Of a stretch of 64,000 nucleotides of DNA, positions 52,790 through 64,000 are shown piece by piece. Both the position numbers and the translations under genes were made by a program. The stretch lies in contig NC_045696.1 in assembly GCF_009834535.1 (NCBI RefSeq), forward strand, positions 79,982,001-80,046,000. Reading direction: 5' to 3'. Every line of letters starts with the position of its first letter. Position 1 is the stretch's first letter. Below the pieces are notes generated by a model. That model saw nothing but the letters and a program-made list of their open reading frames with translations. It did no database searches and was not told where the DNA came from. The DNA is from Camelus ferus (Eukaryota).

Positions 52790-54883
52790 ATGAGCTGATC
52801 TTGAAGGGAATGCTTTCAACATTTCATCATTAAGGATGTTTGCTGTAGGTTTTCTTGGTGAAAGTCTTTTATTACCTTAAGGAAGTGCTTTTCTGTGCAT
52901 TATTAAATTTTTCAAATACTTTTTATTTATTGAGATGATCCTATGACTTTCCCCTTTATCTATTAATGCGGTGAAATACATTAATTGATTTTGTATTGTT
53001 AAACAACCTTGCATTCCAGAGATAAACTCAACTTAATGATGCATAACCTTTTTCATGCAATGCTGAATTCACTTTGCTAATACAATATTAGCAATTTTAG
53101 AATTTTTCCATTGATAGTCTTGAATGAGATTAGACTATATAATTTTCCTTTCCTTTTCTCTTTGTTTTCATATCAAGGTATGTGAAACTCATGAAAAAAA
53201 TGGAAAATGTTCTCTCTTCAATCTGTTTCTTGAATTTGGAGTGTTCTTACCGTAAAACTAGTCCAAGCATTTTCTTTGTAAGAAAGAATTTTAATTTTGG
53301 GCTCTATTCTTTAATATTACAGAACCAAGCAGCTTTTTTTTTCTTATTAAGCCAGTTTTATTCATTTGTATTTTCTTCAAAATTTATTAGTTTCAATTAA
53401 CTTTTCAATTTGGCAGAAAGTTGTTCATAGTATCATATAGCATGTGTCTAGATTATAACACATCTAACATTTTATATTAGCTCCCCCCCCCTCAACCTTG
53501 ACAGATGTTTGTCGTTACTGGTCTTCTCAAAATATTAAAACAGTAAATTACTACTATGAAGTGACAACCACATAAATAATATACAGCTTAAGAAACAGAA
53601 CATTGCTAGAAGTAGGAAGGTTCCCATGTGCCCCTTCCTCATTTTCACCCAGAGGTTATACTATGTTGGTTTTTAGAATAATCATTTTTCTTGCTTGCTT
53701 TTAAACTTGTACTAGGTAACTTTGCAACCTGAAGTATTACTTTGCCAATTTTTAAACTTTATATAAATGGAATCATAGAATAGTTATTCTTTTATATGTT
53801 TTCTTTCATTGAATACTTTCAAAGTTTATCCAGGCTGTTGCATGTTGATTCAGTGCATGACGGTAACACAGAATATTCATATATTGTAATGTTGATGTAA
53901 ATTTCTGATTTTTCATTTTCAGGCTATTACATATAATGATGCAGCTATGAACATTCTTTTGTACATGGATTCTGGTATTCATATGCCTATATTTTTCTGA
54001 AATAAATATCTGGAATCACAATTACTTGGTTTTAAGGTATGTGTACCTTAATCTTTATTGGTTAATGCCCAAGCATCTTGTAAAAATGGTTATACAATTT
54101 ATACTCCTACAAGCAGTGGAAGAGACCTCTGCTTCCCATTTGTGCTAAGCAAATATGGTGTATGTGCAAGGGTGTCTTTTTGCATTTTCTGCATTATGAA
54201 TGAGAAATGTTTCTTAATAAGCGTATTAGCCATTTGGATTTCCTCACTTGTAAAATACCTGGTTTTCTATAAGGATGTCTGATTTTTCAGATTTTTTTTT
54301 AGTGATTTACATCTTCTGGACATGTCAGTTCCATAAATTGCAAACATCTACTCTTTGACTTTAATGATGTCTTTTCATGACGAGAAGTTCTTAATTTTTA
54401 TGCAGATTTATCTGTCCTTCCCACTATAATTAATTATCTTAAACATGGTAACATGTTTAAGCAATCTTTTCCAACCCAAAAGAGTAAGATCCTCTCGTAT
54501 ACTATCTAGTAACATCTTTATAGTTTTACATTTCATATTTAGGCCTATAATTCCTTTGAAATTCATTTTTGTACAGCATGTTAGAAATTTCCTTCTCTTC
54601 TGTTTTAAATAAAGATACCCATTTTTTCCCAGCACCATTTGTTGAACAGACTATCTTTTTGTCAGTTTTAAAGTGCCACTTTTGTCTGTTTGTGGATTTT
54701 CAATCATAATCCATTAATTTATCTGTGCTCAGTACACCAAGACTTCTAACATCTCACTGTCTTGATTACTACACCTTTAGAATAAACCTTGTTTCTGATA
54801 AAGCAAGTCCTCTCACTTCTTCAACTTACCTCTTAGTCTTAACTCTTGTATTTCCACATATATTTTGGAAATAATTTGTCATG

Positions 54884-54940
<57 letters not shown>

Positions 54941-56040
54941 CTTGATCGGCTCAATTTGGGGGAAACTTATTTTTCAAAATTGAAGTAACTAATCCATGAC
55001 AATGGTACAATATCTCCATTAAGGTCTTTAATTGATATAAATTAAGTCCCATAGTCTTCCCTGTAAGATCTTGTACATCTTTTGTTGTATTTATTATTAA
55101 GTACTTCAGTGGGTTTTATGCTGTTGTCACAGGTATCTTTTAAGAAAAAGTATTCTCAACCTGTTTGTGGCTGGTGTTAAGAAATACAATTGATATTTAT
55201 ACATTAATTTTGTATCAGAATTTAACCTAGTAACTTATCTGTATATTCTTTAGGATTTCCTATCTACACAATCATATCATCTGTGAATAATAACAGCATT
55301 GGTTTTTCCTTTCTAATTTTTATACCATTTCCTTTTCTTAACAATCCTGCATTGGGGAAGGGGAACTACAGTAAAATGTTGATTAAAGGTGGTGAAGTGA
55401 GCACTCCTCTCCTTTCTGATCACAAAGAAGACGTTGCCAAGGCTTCATCATTAAGTATGACATTTGTTATGGGTTTTTTGATAGATAACCTTTATCAGTT
55501 TAAGTATGTTCCATTCTACTCCTAATTTGCAAAAAGTATAATAATAGACACATTTATCAGATTTTTTCTGAAAATACAGCGGTAATATAATTTTTCTGCC
55601 TTACCCTATTAAAGTAGAAGATACACTGATAAATTATCTAAAAACAACCTCATGTGCCTGGTATAAAGCAAACCTGGTTATGATATATAATTTTTTACAT
55701 ATTAAAATGAAATATTTTATTTTAAAATTTTACACGTACTTTCACAAATAAGACTAACCTTTCTTAAAATGTCCAAGGTTATCTAGGACTCATAAAATGA
55801 GTTGGGAAGTATTTCTTTTCTCTATTCTCCTTAAGAATTTGTGTAAGATTGGTTAATTCTTCATTAAATGTTGAATAGCATTCATTATCCAGTGAAGCCA
55901 TCTGGGCCCAATTTCTTTCTAGTAATGATTTTAAATTTGGATTCCTTTTCTTTAGTGTTTATAGGAACATTTATGTTTTCTATTTTTTCCTATATCAGTA
56001 TTAATAAGTTATATATTTCTAAAAATATCTGTGAGAATTG
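52790..56040 (-). mobile_element. Ancient LINE-1 (L1M/L1ME-like) ORF2 fragments
   Basis: T-rich antisense ORF2 remnants (e.g. CCCAGCACCATTTGTTGAA, CCAGTGAAGCCATCTGGGCC). Probably several pieces. Confidence 0.6.
54886..54936. repeat. (CA)~25 microsatellite
   Basis: Perfect AC run. Confidence 0.95.
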
Positions 56041-56569
56041 TGGTATTCTGTGGGAGTAATGAGTTCCAGTTTGCTCACATCCTTCTGCATCCACACACCC
56101 CTGGGCTGTAGTACCTTTCCACATTTTAAAGCTCCCTTTAAAATTAGAATTAACTACCTGCTATATTTTGCCAGTGAACATCCAATACATTCCAACCTCA
56201 CACAACCTTATCTCATGTTATTTCCTCTCCCTGGAAAACCTACACTTTCGGAGGAGATCACAGCTCCATCCCCCCAATAAAGCGATAGAAGTGCATCTTC
56301 TGCCAGAAAAATGCACACATACATGCAAATAAAATATATTTTATATATTTTATATAAACTATGATAGGATTCACTACCTCCATTGTGCAGTAGATTCCAG
56401 ATTAAAGACTCCTAACCTACACATAGCCCAGTATATAAATGCTCAAAAGCATTAATGGAGGAAGGAATAAGCAAATAAATATGTAAGTAGATAACAGAGC
56501 AGAGACTGGTATATGCATTCACAGTGGCCTATGAAAATTTGTCTAAAAGAACTATTTAAAACATGAAAC

Positions 56570-57750
56570 GTAAAATACTTGAGTTTTAAGTATTTATTTA
56601 CAAAGTTCTTCCTAATACAACTGCTTTTAAAATATAGCAATAATGGGTCATTTACTATTTAAAAGTGGCACATATGTGGCATAGGAAAAAAAATCTATAG
56701 TCAAACTATTATAACGAATAACTGAAAATTGTTAAACGACAATTAAACATTTGCAGTATTTTGTATTACTGACTATAAAAAGAAAACTACTGTGAAAGAT
56801 AATATCAGGGTTTGAAAAATATTTTACAACAGCAAATAAATGTATTTCAATTTTACATTTAATTATGAGTCTACAATAAAAATCTGACCATATACAGTAT
56901 CTATGTATTTAATAGATTAGTAAAACTGATGCCAACTTTAAAATTATTTCATAAAGAGTATAAACAATCCTTACCACAATTTCCACATGGTCTTATCCTT
57001 CAAAATTAAATTCTACACACTATCAAGCTAAGTCAAGATTTGCTAGTGCCTAAAATCACCATAAGTATATTGTCTCTGAAACAGCTATGTGTATACACCA
57101 ATATCACATTTGTGCAAGGTATACATTATTTTTTAATCATTCTGTTCTTATCTCAGTTTGCAAGTATGTTTTGAAACCATCTCCTTTAACTGTTATTCTT
57201 GTTAATGGGGGAAATCTTTTTAAATCCACATGCTATTATATCTTTATTTATTATAAAATAAACTTCAAAAGGAGCAATTAAATAACTACTTCAAACAACG
57301 CATGTGAAGCAAGATCCCAGTACTCAGAGATCTATGTGATATTTAATCTCTGCACAAATCGAGATACACATATATTTGTTTTGAAAAATTCATTCAGACA
57401 CTACACAAAGAGATTCACAGCACTATTTGGCATCCACCAATAAAATTTATTTACTGTATCATGTTGCAAAGTTACTAATATCATGAATAACTTAAATTAT
57501 TGATCTTCAATTAGACTCAAGCAAAAAGAAATATTACATCAAAATCAATATAATTTTTTACATGAATTAACTCAAAAAATGTATGAGGTTAACCTTACTC
57601 TTTCAAGAAGAAAATAAAAGGGCATAGTTTAGTGTTACCTTCTTTCCAGCTTTCACCAAGTGCTAATGACAAGTACCATTTAAGTCAGTTTCTTATTTGA
57701 ATATGAGGTGTTCATAAGTTTCTACAAATTAAGATTTTTTTTTTAAAACT
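56570..57750 (-). other. ECT2: ECT2 3' UTR (distal end approximate)
   Basis: Repeat-free AT-rich sequence following the stop codon. Minus-strand AATAAA at 56593-56598, with others at 57243-57248 and 57446-57451. Confidence 0.65.
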
Positions 57751-57840
57751 TCATATTAAATGAGTTGTAGATCTACTTAAAGTATGACTTCTCCTTTCAA
57801 AGAAAGAAGGAAGGCTGACAAGGGAGGGAGATGGAATGCC
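57751..57840 (-). CDS. ECT2: ECT2 RhoGEF, canonical last coding exon
   Basis: Acceptor TCTTGTCTTTACAG| followed by GIPSPSLVSLPSFFERRSHTLSRSTTHLI-TGA, the known ECT2 C-terminus. Phase 0. Confidence 0.97.
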   Translation of the reverse strand, partial: GIPSPSLVSLPSFFERRSHTLSRSTTHLI

Positions 57841-59087
57841 CTGTAAAGACAAGAGAAATATTTTATATTTAGTATTTTTCTTTTAAAAAATTGTAGCATA
57901 CAGTTTAGCATCATGTGTATCACTTTTGCACTTAATAAATTATCATAACAGTTAAGACATCTGAAACATCTAAACTCTTTAAGTAAATAAAAACTAAAAA
58001 TTAAAGGGAGGGCTGGGGAGGACACATAATTAAAACTATTTTAGCATTAAGTCTGAAAACAAGTGACAAATGGATAACTAGTTTACTACATATTAACTCA
58101 ATTGAAATAGATATTGGCTTACTGCTAGTAGAGATATTAAGGATTTAGATTTTCAGGTTACTTTTTAAAATTATAATTTAATAAATAAATTTTTGAGGCA
58201 AAAAGACAAACCTTAGTGATTTCTTCTTAATCATAAAGTAGAATTAAGAGGAGTGAAATTACTTGATGGGAAATAATTTTCTAAATTAAAAGTAATACGC
58301 TCCAAGAGTTCTTGTATTATGTGCAACGCATATGTATATATATGTATGTATGTGTCATGTTTATGTATAATTTTGCTCCATATAAATGCTGAACAAAATA
58401 GCATATCTGATAATAGAGATTATTAATATACTAAGCTATCTAAACTTGTTTTAGAGTGTCAAAGTTAAATATCATCAGAATTTCTAATTACAAAGAAATA
58501 AGCACAAGAATACCAAAAACTCAAGAGGGGGTAAAAACATAAAACAAATTATAAAGAAAGCTACTGTTTAATTTTAACAGACATGAATGGCTAACTGTAA
58601 CTAAATTTAGAGCCAGCAAGGTAGCTGGCTATTAAGTTTTAATCAACAAGATAGTAAATAAAATGAAATATTTAAAGAGCTGGGTTGATAAAGTATTACC
58701 ATTCAAGTCATAGCAAAGCAATGATTTAAATAGCATAAAATTTTATATTTTCCTCAGGTAAAACTTTTATGATTTGCCATATTAAAAGCATAAATTTTAT
58801 ATAAATGCCATAAATCTAAGATTAAGAATCAGATCTGGAATATAAACATACTTCACATGACAATTATTACTATTTTTTAAACAATCATTTTCATAAATAA
58901 GAAAATTTCTGATAGGACTGATTTTTTTCTGGACTTATGAGTAAGTCCATAAGCCTAAGTTGTTGTGAATTCAAGCGGTTATAAAGTTGTGAATTCAAAA
59001 GTCCCCACCCACCTAATAAGTGATTCAGTGGAGAAAAATACTTTCTTTTTTCACAAATAAAAATTTCAAACAGCTAATAAGCTCACA

Positions 59088-59354
59088 TTAAACTTCACGA
59101 GGCTTGTTTCCGTTACTGGTTGGCATATCTCCTAATTCTTCACAAATTTCAAAGATGACTTGGATAGAACTTTTTTTTGAATTTGAAAAATCAGTATTTC
59201 CTTCTAGCATCTCTGAATAACTAGCCTGTGAGGCAGAATGACGTATAGATCGAAACCAGGAGTTTTGAAAGCGCCCACCAGTAGAGTTTGAGCGCTGAAC
59301 ATAAAGATGCTTAGTAAATCCAATTATACTGCTTGTGAAAACAGAATGGGTAAT
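59088..59354 (-). CDS. ECT2: ECT2 alternative C-terminal exon
   Basis: Acceptor TTTCTGTTCTAACAG|, phase 0, 88 open codons: ITHSVFTSSIIGFTKHLYVQRSNSTGGRFQNSWFRSIRHSASQASYSEMLEGNTDFSNSKKSSIQVIFEICEELGDMPTSNGNKPREV*. The first ~60 aa resemble a human ECT2 alternative C-terminus as I recall it. Confidence 0.75.
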   Translation of the reverse strand: MTHSVFTSSIIGFTKHLYVQRSNSTGGRFQNSWFRSIRHSASQASYSEMLEGNTDFSNSKKSSIQVIFEICEELGDMPTSNGNKPREV

Positions 59355-60119
59355 CTGTTAGAACAGAAATAGGTAATTGAGAAGAGGACATGAATGTCTT
59401 AAAGATATTTTAGGTACTTCTTATTTATACTGTCTACATAAAATTAATAAATATATGTATATTCATTTTCTAAAATTTTTCTTATCTAATTATCTAATTA
59501 TATTCATTTGAAAAGCAATAATGTTTATAATAGTTACTATAGATGCAGGAAATAAATAAGAGATAGTACTCTGGCCTTCAGAAAGCCTACAATTTGATTT
59601 TAAGAAGTGAATGCTTACTATATTTTTGTCAATTTCAATACATTTTTAACTGATCAAATTTCTTCACATAAATTTATATTATCTTCTAAGTGTAACTTCC
59701 CTCCCATTGGAAGGTTAACTTTGATTAAAAGTCTGTATAAACACACTCATAAATTTAGCTATAACTCTGATGTAATATTCACTAAAGACTTCACTTTTAA
59801 AAAATAAGTTGTTGAACATTATGTGCCTTGTCTGTATAAATTTTATATAATAAACAGTAACATTTATAAAACACCAGAGCACTCTCCCTGTGCCAAGTAC
59901 TGTTCACAGCACTTTGTGTATATTAATTGATTTAATCCTTACAACTTCTACTTTAGATTATTTTACAGATAGTGAAGTTAAAACAGAAAGATCTTTAATA
60001 AGTTGCCAAAAGTCATACAGCTAGTAAATAGCAGAGCCGGGATTTGAACATGTGAGTTCCAGAGTTCACACTCTTAACCTCTACTCAACTGTCTCTGAGT
60101 ATATTTCAGTATATAACTG

Positions 60120-60158
60120 TGAGAGAGAGAGAGAGAGAGAGTGTGTGTGTGTGTGTGT
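60120..60158. repeat. Compound (GA)n(GT)n microsatellite in an ECT2 intron
   Basis: GA run directly followed by a GT run. Confidence 0.95.
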
Positions 60159-60858
60159 ATTTAGTCCTTACAATAATACTACATGGTAAGCACTGTTGAT
60201 CTCTTTTCTCTCATCTGCAAAAATGGGTATAAGAAAGAATAAGATAATTGCTGAAGTACATACAGCTAAGAAGTGACAGTCACTTGCTTTTCTTGACCTT
60301 AGTTGGTAAGTAATAATTTTTGCAAACAACAGATACATCACTCATATACTTAGTGACTGTAATAAATGTTAGAAATGGCCTAATATTGTCTAATAATTCT
60401 GAAACATTTGAGATTGCTCAGAAAACATTTAAAAATATACGCATGAATTCAGAACTCATATCACCCTCCAAGATTCACAGCTTCAGAGATTATACATTCA
60501 TCACAGAAATATAATGAAAGAAAGCTCAGTCTCTGCTGTATTATTGGAGCTAATCTGTATAAACAAGACCATCACTGTTTGCATTAGTAACGTGATGGGC
60601 CAGATTGAAACATGTTTTCTTTGAGATTAACATCTCAATCTGAATAAAATTTCCTATCAGATAAACTACACATTAAGCAAGTAGTTCATTAAGTGAGGTT
60701 TTCTCAGTTACCTTTACCCAATAAAGAGGTTAGAGGTTTAGATACATCAAAATAATTGATGGAGATGTTAAGATTTCCATCTTTAAAAGTTAACAAATTC
60801 CACACCAACTCCCATAACATGAATAAGCCATTTAGCCCATTAAATCAAAATAACTTAC

Positions 60859-61005
60859 TGCTAATGACGATGTGCTAGACAGACGACTCATTACGTGCTT
60901 TTCATTGCTAGAAGGACTTCTTCCCTCCACTGAACCTTGGGATGTCATAAGAGCTCTTCGTAGAGCCCTTTTTGGAGTTTTGGAGAAAGAAAATGCTCTT
61001 GTAAC
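60859..61005 (-). CDS. ECT2: ECT2 penultimate coding exon (polybasic C-terminal region)
   Basis: TTCTAG| ... |GTAAGT, 147 nt, VTRAFSFSKTPKRALRRALMTSQGSVEGRSPSSNEKHVMSRLSSTSSLA. Confidence 0.97.
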
Positions 61006-61998
61006 CTAGAATTAAAATGAGTTACAATTAATTAACAAACCTAGACAAATTTAATAACAACTGGTAAGAACAACTATGTGTAAACAAAGCCAAATAAACT
61101 TCAAAAGGTTTTCTACAAAAAAAAAGTTTTTCTGCATTTTCTATATGGCAGAATTAGGATCTCTTTGGACAAAGCAGTGAGGAAATGTAGTACACTGTAA
61201 ACTATTCCAGCCTGCATTCACTGAGCACTACAGTCCAAGGGGAAAAGGTGGAAGGGAAAATTAGGCATGAGAGAAGAAACCTCGGTGTTACCTGATTCTA
61301 TGACAATTTAGTTGTGAGATCTTTGATCCAAAGCCACTTGAACCTCAATTTCTTTCATTGAAAAAGTGAAGTTCATTTGAAGTCATTTTTAACATACTTA
61401 TCTACTATACACCACACATGTTAAATGCAGAGATACAGCGATGATTAAATAAAACACAAGGTCTCCTCTCAAAGGCAAAGTAAACAAGAACAAAATACTT
61501 GTAAACCTAACAGTAGACTCTGGTTGCAAATTTTATGTGTAATAATAAAATTCTGGTTCTACTTTTTAAAAAGCCCTATTAGCAACATTCTTATGTAGTC
61601 CTCAGCAACTCTGATAAGTAGGGAAGGTATTTATTAGAAGACTGAAACATACTTGTGGTCAAGAATAGATTCCAGGTCTCCTGACTCTTTCATGTGCCCT
61701 TTGCTGAAAAATATCTGAGGCAGTTTCTAAGATGAATGCACACGTATCTATATTTAAAATACCATCAGTACCTTTCTACTCAAGTATAGCCCATAGAAGT
61801 ATCACTGTAACAAGAATGAGGATAACAAGTTGTCATATAATTATTGTGCCAAAGAAGTCACAGAACTAAACTATTACCTCTGTGGGCCATTTCCTAGAAC
61901 CAAAAAACAGCTTTGTTTTATATACACCTTTACACTGACACTTAGGGCAGTATTATTTTAATATACTCTGAAAAATACATTTTGGAGATATGCTGAAT

Positions 61999-62590
61999 TT
62001 TAATATTTTCTCCTTATCCTTAATGGTTGTCAGTTTGATGACTATGTGCCTTGGTGTGTTCCTCTTTGGGTTGATTCTGTGTGGTACTCTCTGCGCTTCC
62101 AGGACTTGGGTGACTATTTCCTTTCCCAACTTGGGGAAATTTTCGGTTATTATCTCCAAAAATTTTCTCAGGTCCTCTCTCTCTCTCTTCTCTTTCTGGG
62201 ACCCCTATAATGAGAATATTAGAGTGCTTCATGTTGTCCCAGCATTCTCTTAAACTATCCCCATTCCTTTTTATTCTTTTTTCTGTTCTAAAGTAGTGAT
62301 TTCCACTAATCTGTCTTTTAACTCACTGATCCATTCTTCTGCCTCATTTAGTCTATTCTTGGTTCCTTCTAGGGCATTGTTCATTTCAGTGACCTTATTC
62401 TTCAACTCCGTTTGGGTATTCTTTATATTTTCCAATTCTTTGCTAAAAACTTCACTCTGTGCACCCTATACTCCTCTTGGGTTCTCTGAACATCTAGGGC
62501 ATCATTATTTTAAACTCTTTCTCAGATAAATTACCTATCTCCTCATCACATGTCTTCTTCTGGGATTTTATCTTGTGCCTTGGCATGGAG
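61999..62590 (-). mobile_element. LINE-1 ORF1 internal fragment in an ECT2 intron, sense to ECT2
   Basis: ORF1 peptides EEIGNLSEKEFKIMM, NILIIGVPE, ENFPKLGKE and RINPKRNTPRHIVIKL. Flanked by GAGATATGCTGAAT (61985-61998) and GAAATCTGCTGAAT (62591-62604). Confidence 0.85.
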
Positions 62591-62622
62591 GAAATCTGCT
62601 GAATAATTTCACTAAGACTCAC

Positions 62623-62730
62623 CTTTTTTGAAGTCTTTTTTATTGCTCTAGATGCTCTACTCAATGTACTGTCCATATCTTTTGTATTTACTTCAAAGGA
62701 TTCTGGATCAGCAGTATAAATAAGATTCTC
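62623..62730 (-). CDS. ECT2: ECT2 internal coding exon (the gene continues beyond the right edge of the window)
   Basis: TTTCCAACAG| ... |GTGAGT, 108 nt, ENLIYTADPESFEVNTKDMDSTLSRASRAIKKTSKK. Splices in frame to 61005. Confidence 0.97.
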
Positions 62731-63052
62731 CTGTTGGAAATAAATATTTTTATTATTTTAAAATAAATCAATTAAAAAACATAACTGTGCCTAAAATCAA
62801 ACCTTTAAGCACTAATATGCATACATAGGGAGTGTGTATACATGAAGCTGCTCAAGATTCTTGATGCATTTGACATCATTTCTACTCTGAAATACATTCA
62901 TTTAAGGATACTGGAAAATAAGCACTCAGGCCATAAATTGGCAAGTTGCCTTACTACTCTAGCATAAGACTATCCTCCAGCACTACCATTTTGTGGCTAG
63001 AGAAACAATGTGCTAAATATCATACTCTACAATTATAAATGCTTGCTTTGTA

Positions 63053-63195
63053 CATAGAAAACAAACTTATGGTTACCAAAGGGGGAGGGGAGGGATAAAT
63101 TAGGATTTTGAGATTTACAGATACATACTACTATATATAAAACAGATTTTTTTTTTAAAAAGGCCTACTATAAAGCACAGGGAACTATATTTTTA
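63053..63195 (+). mobile_element. L1 3' UTR fragment (intronic)
   Basis: CATAGAAAACAAACTTATGGTTACCAAAGGGG...GGGATAAATTAGG...AGCACAGGGAACTATATT. Confidence 0.75.
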
Positions 63196-63809
63196 CATAT
63201 TTATGTTTTATTTGGCTACTTAACTGTTATAAGTACTAATAGTTCTCAATTGGTTCTTGTTAATTATCCAGACAAAAATTTACAAAACAACTGTGAATAG
63301 TTAACATCTCTCACCAATCTATGAGAGACAAAGTAGTGAGGACTGTAATCCAAGCTCTGCCTATCCCGGAGTATCCTGGCATCCCCATACACATACACCT
63401 ACAAGGTTTTTCATTAAGATTTCCTACATCTCAGAGGGATCAATTTTCCTGACACGGCTGTACTTCTGACACCATAAACTAAGCACAGCTTAGTTTTATG
63501 AACTTAATTTTGTTTTTATTCATTCTATCTTCAATTTTAATTTCATTTAATTTCATTTCAACCTGGATTTCATTCAGTCAACAAATATATATTGCTGGCC
63601 TTCTATTTGACAAGCATTTTTTTTAATGTTCCTAAATACAGAGGCAAATTTAACAAAAGGATGTTTTGACACTTATATTTTCCTCCATTTAAACATATTT
63701 TCCTTCATTATGCTTTGTTTTCAAACTCAATGTTCATTCTGAACTGGTGAATTTAAGACTTTTTAAAAACTGAAAATCTGAAAAAAATCCAGTAAGAATT
63801 AGGCATAAA

Positions 63810-64000
63810 ACAATTAGAAACGTTAAGAAAGCGAATTTAATAAAACTGACTGGGTACAAAATCAACATACGTATATCAAAGATTCACCTATATACAGAAC
63901 AACTAGAAAACAACTTAAACATTTGAAATATCTCATTTATGATACTATTACAAAAATAAAATTACTTAGGAAAAAAATCTAACAAGAAATGCAAGTCTGC
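63810..64000 (+). mobile_element. Ancient L1 ORF2 fragment, running off the window edge
   Basis: GGGTACAAAATCAACATAC (GYKINI) ... TACTTAGGAAAAAATCTAACAAGA (YLGKNLTR). Confidence 0.7.

Noticed and set aside
58930..58949. 8-bp-stem hairpin TGGACTTA-TGAG-TAAGTCCA downstream of the alternative ECT2 exon
   Set aside because: Stems this short arise by chance in 64 kb, and I have no conservation evidence.

Overview
Mammalian, repeat-rich genomic DNA, most likely camelid. Support: two vic-1-type tRNA-derived SINEs, artiodactyl-type L1 3' ends, and no Alu, BovB/Bov-tA or PRE1 that I could recognise. The only host gene I recognise is the 3' end of ECT2 on the minus strand: two internal coding exons, an alternative C-terminal exon, the canonical last exon and the 3' UTR (~56.6-62.7 kb). 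The remaining ~56 kb is intergenic. It holds a decayed class III (ERVL/HERV-S-like) provirus at ~17.1-22.2 kb, solo LTRs (MER21, MaLR, ERV1-type), a near-full-length Tigger1, an older Tigger-like transposase fossil, and many L1/L2/MIR fragments. I found no novel multi-gene system. Best leads: (1) the provirus 5' LTR is CpG-rich, TATA-less and carries splice donors while its twin 3' LTR has decayed, suggesting a co-opted promoter; (2) an apparent +1 frameshift in the alternative ECT2 C-terminal exon; (3) an L1 ORF1 fragment 32 nt behind an ECT2 donor, in frame with ECT2; (4) a TSD-bounded composite L1 that looks spliced and/or 3'-transducing. Repeat family names come from remembered consensus sequences, and repeat boundaries are approximate unless TSDs/TIRs are quoted.
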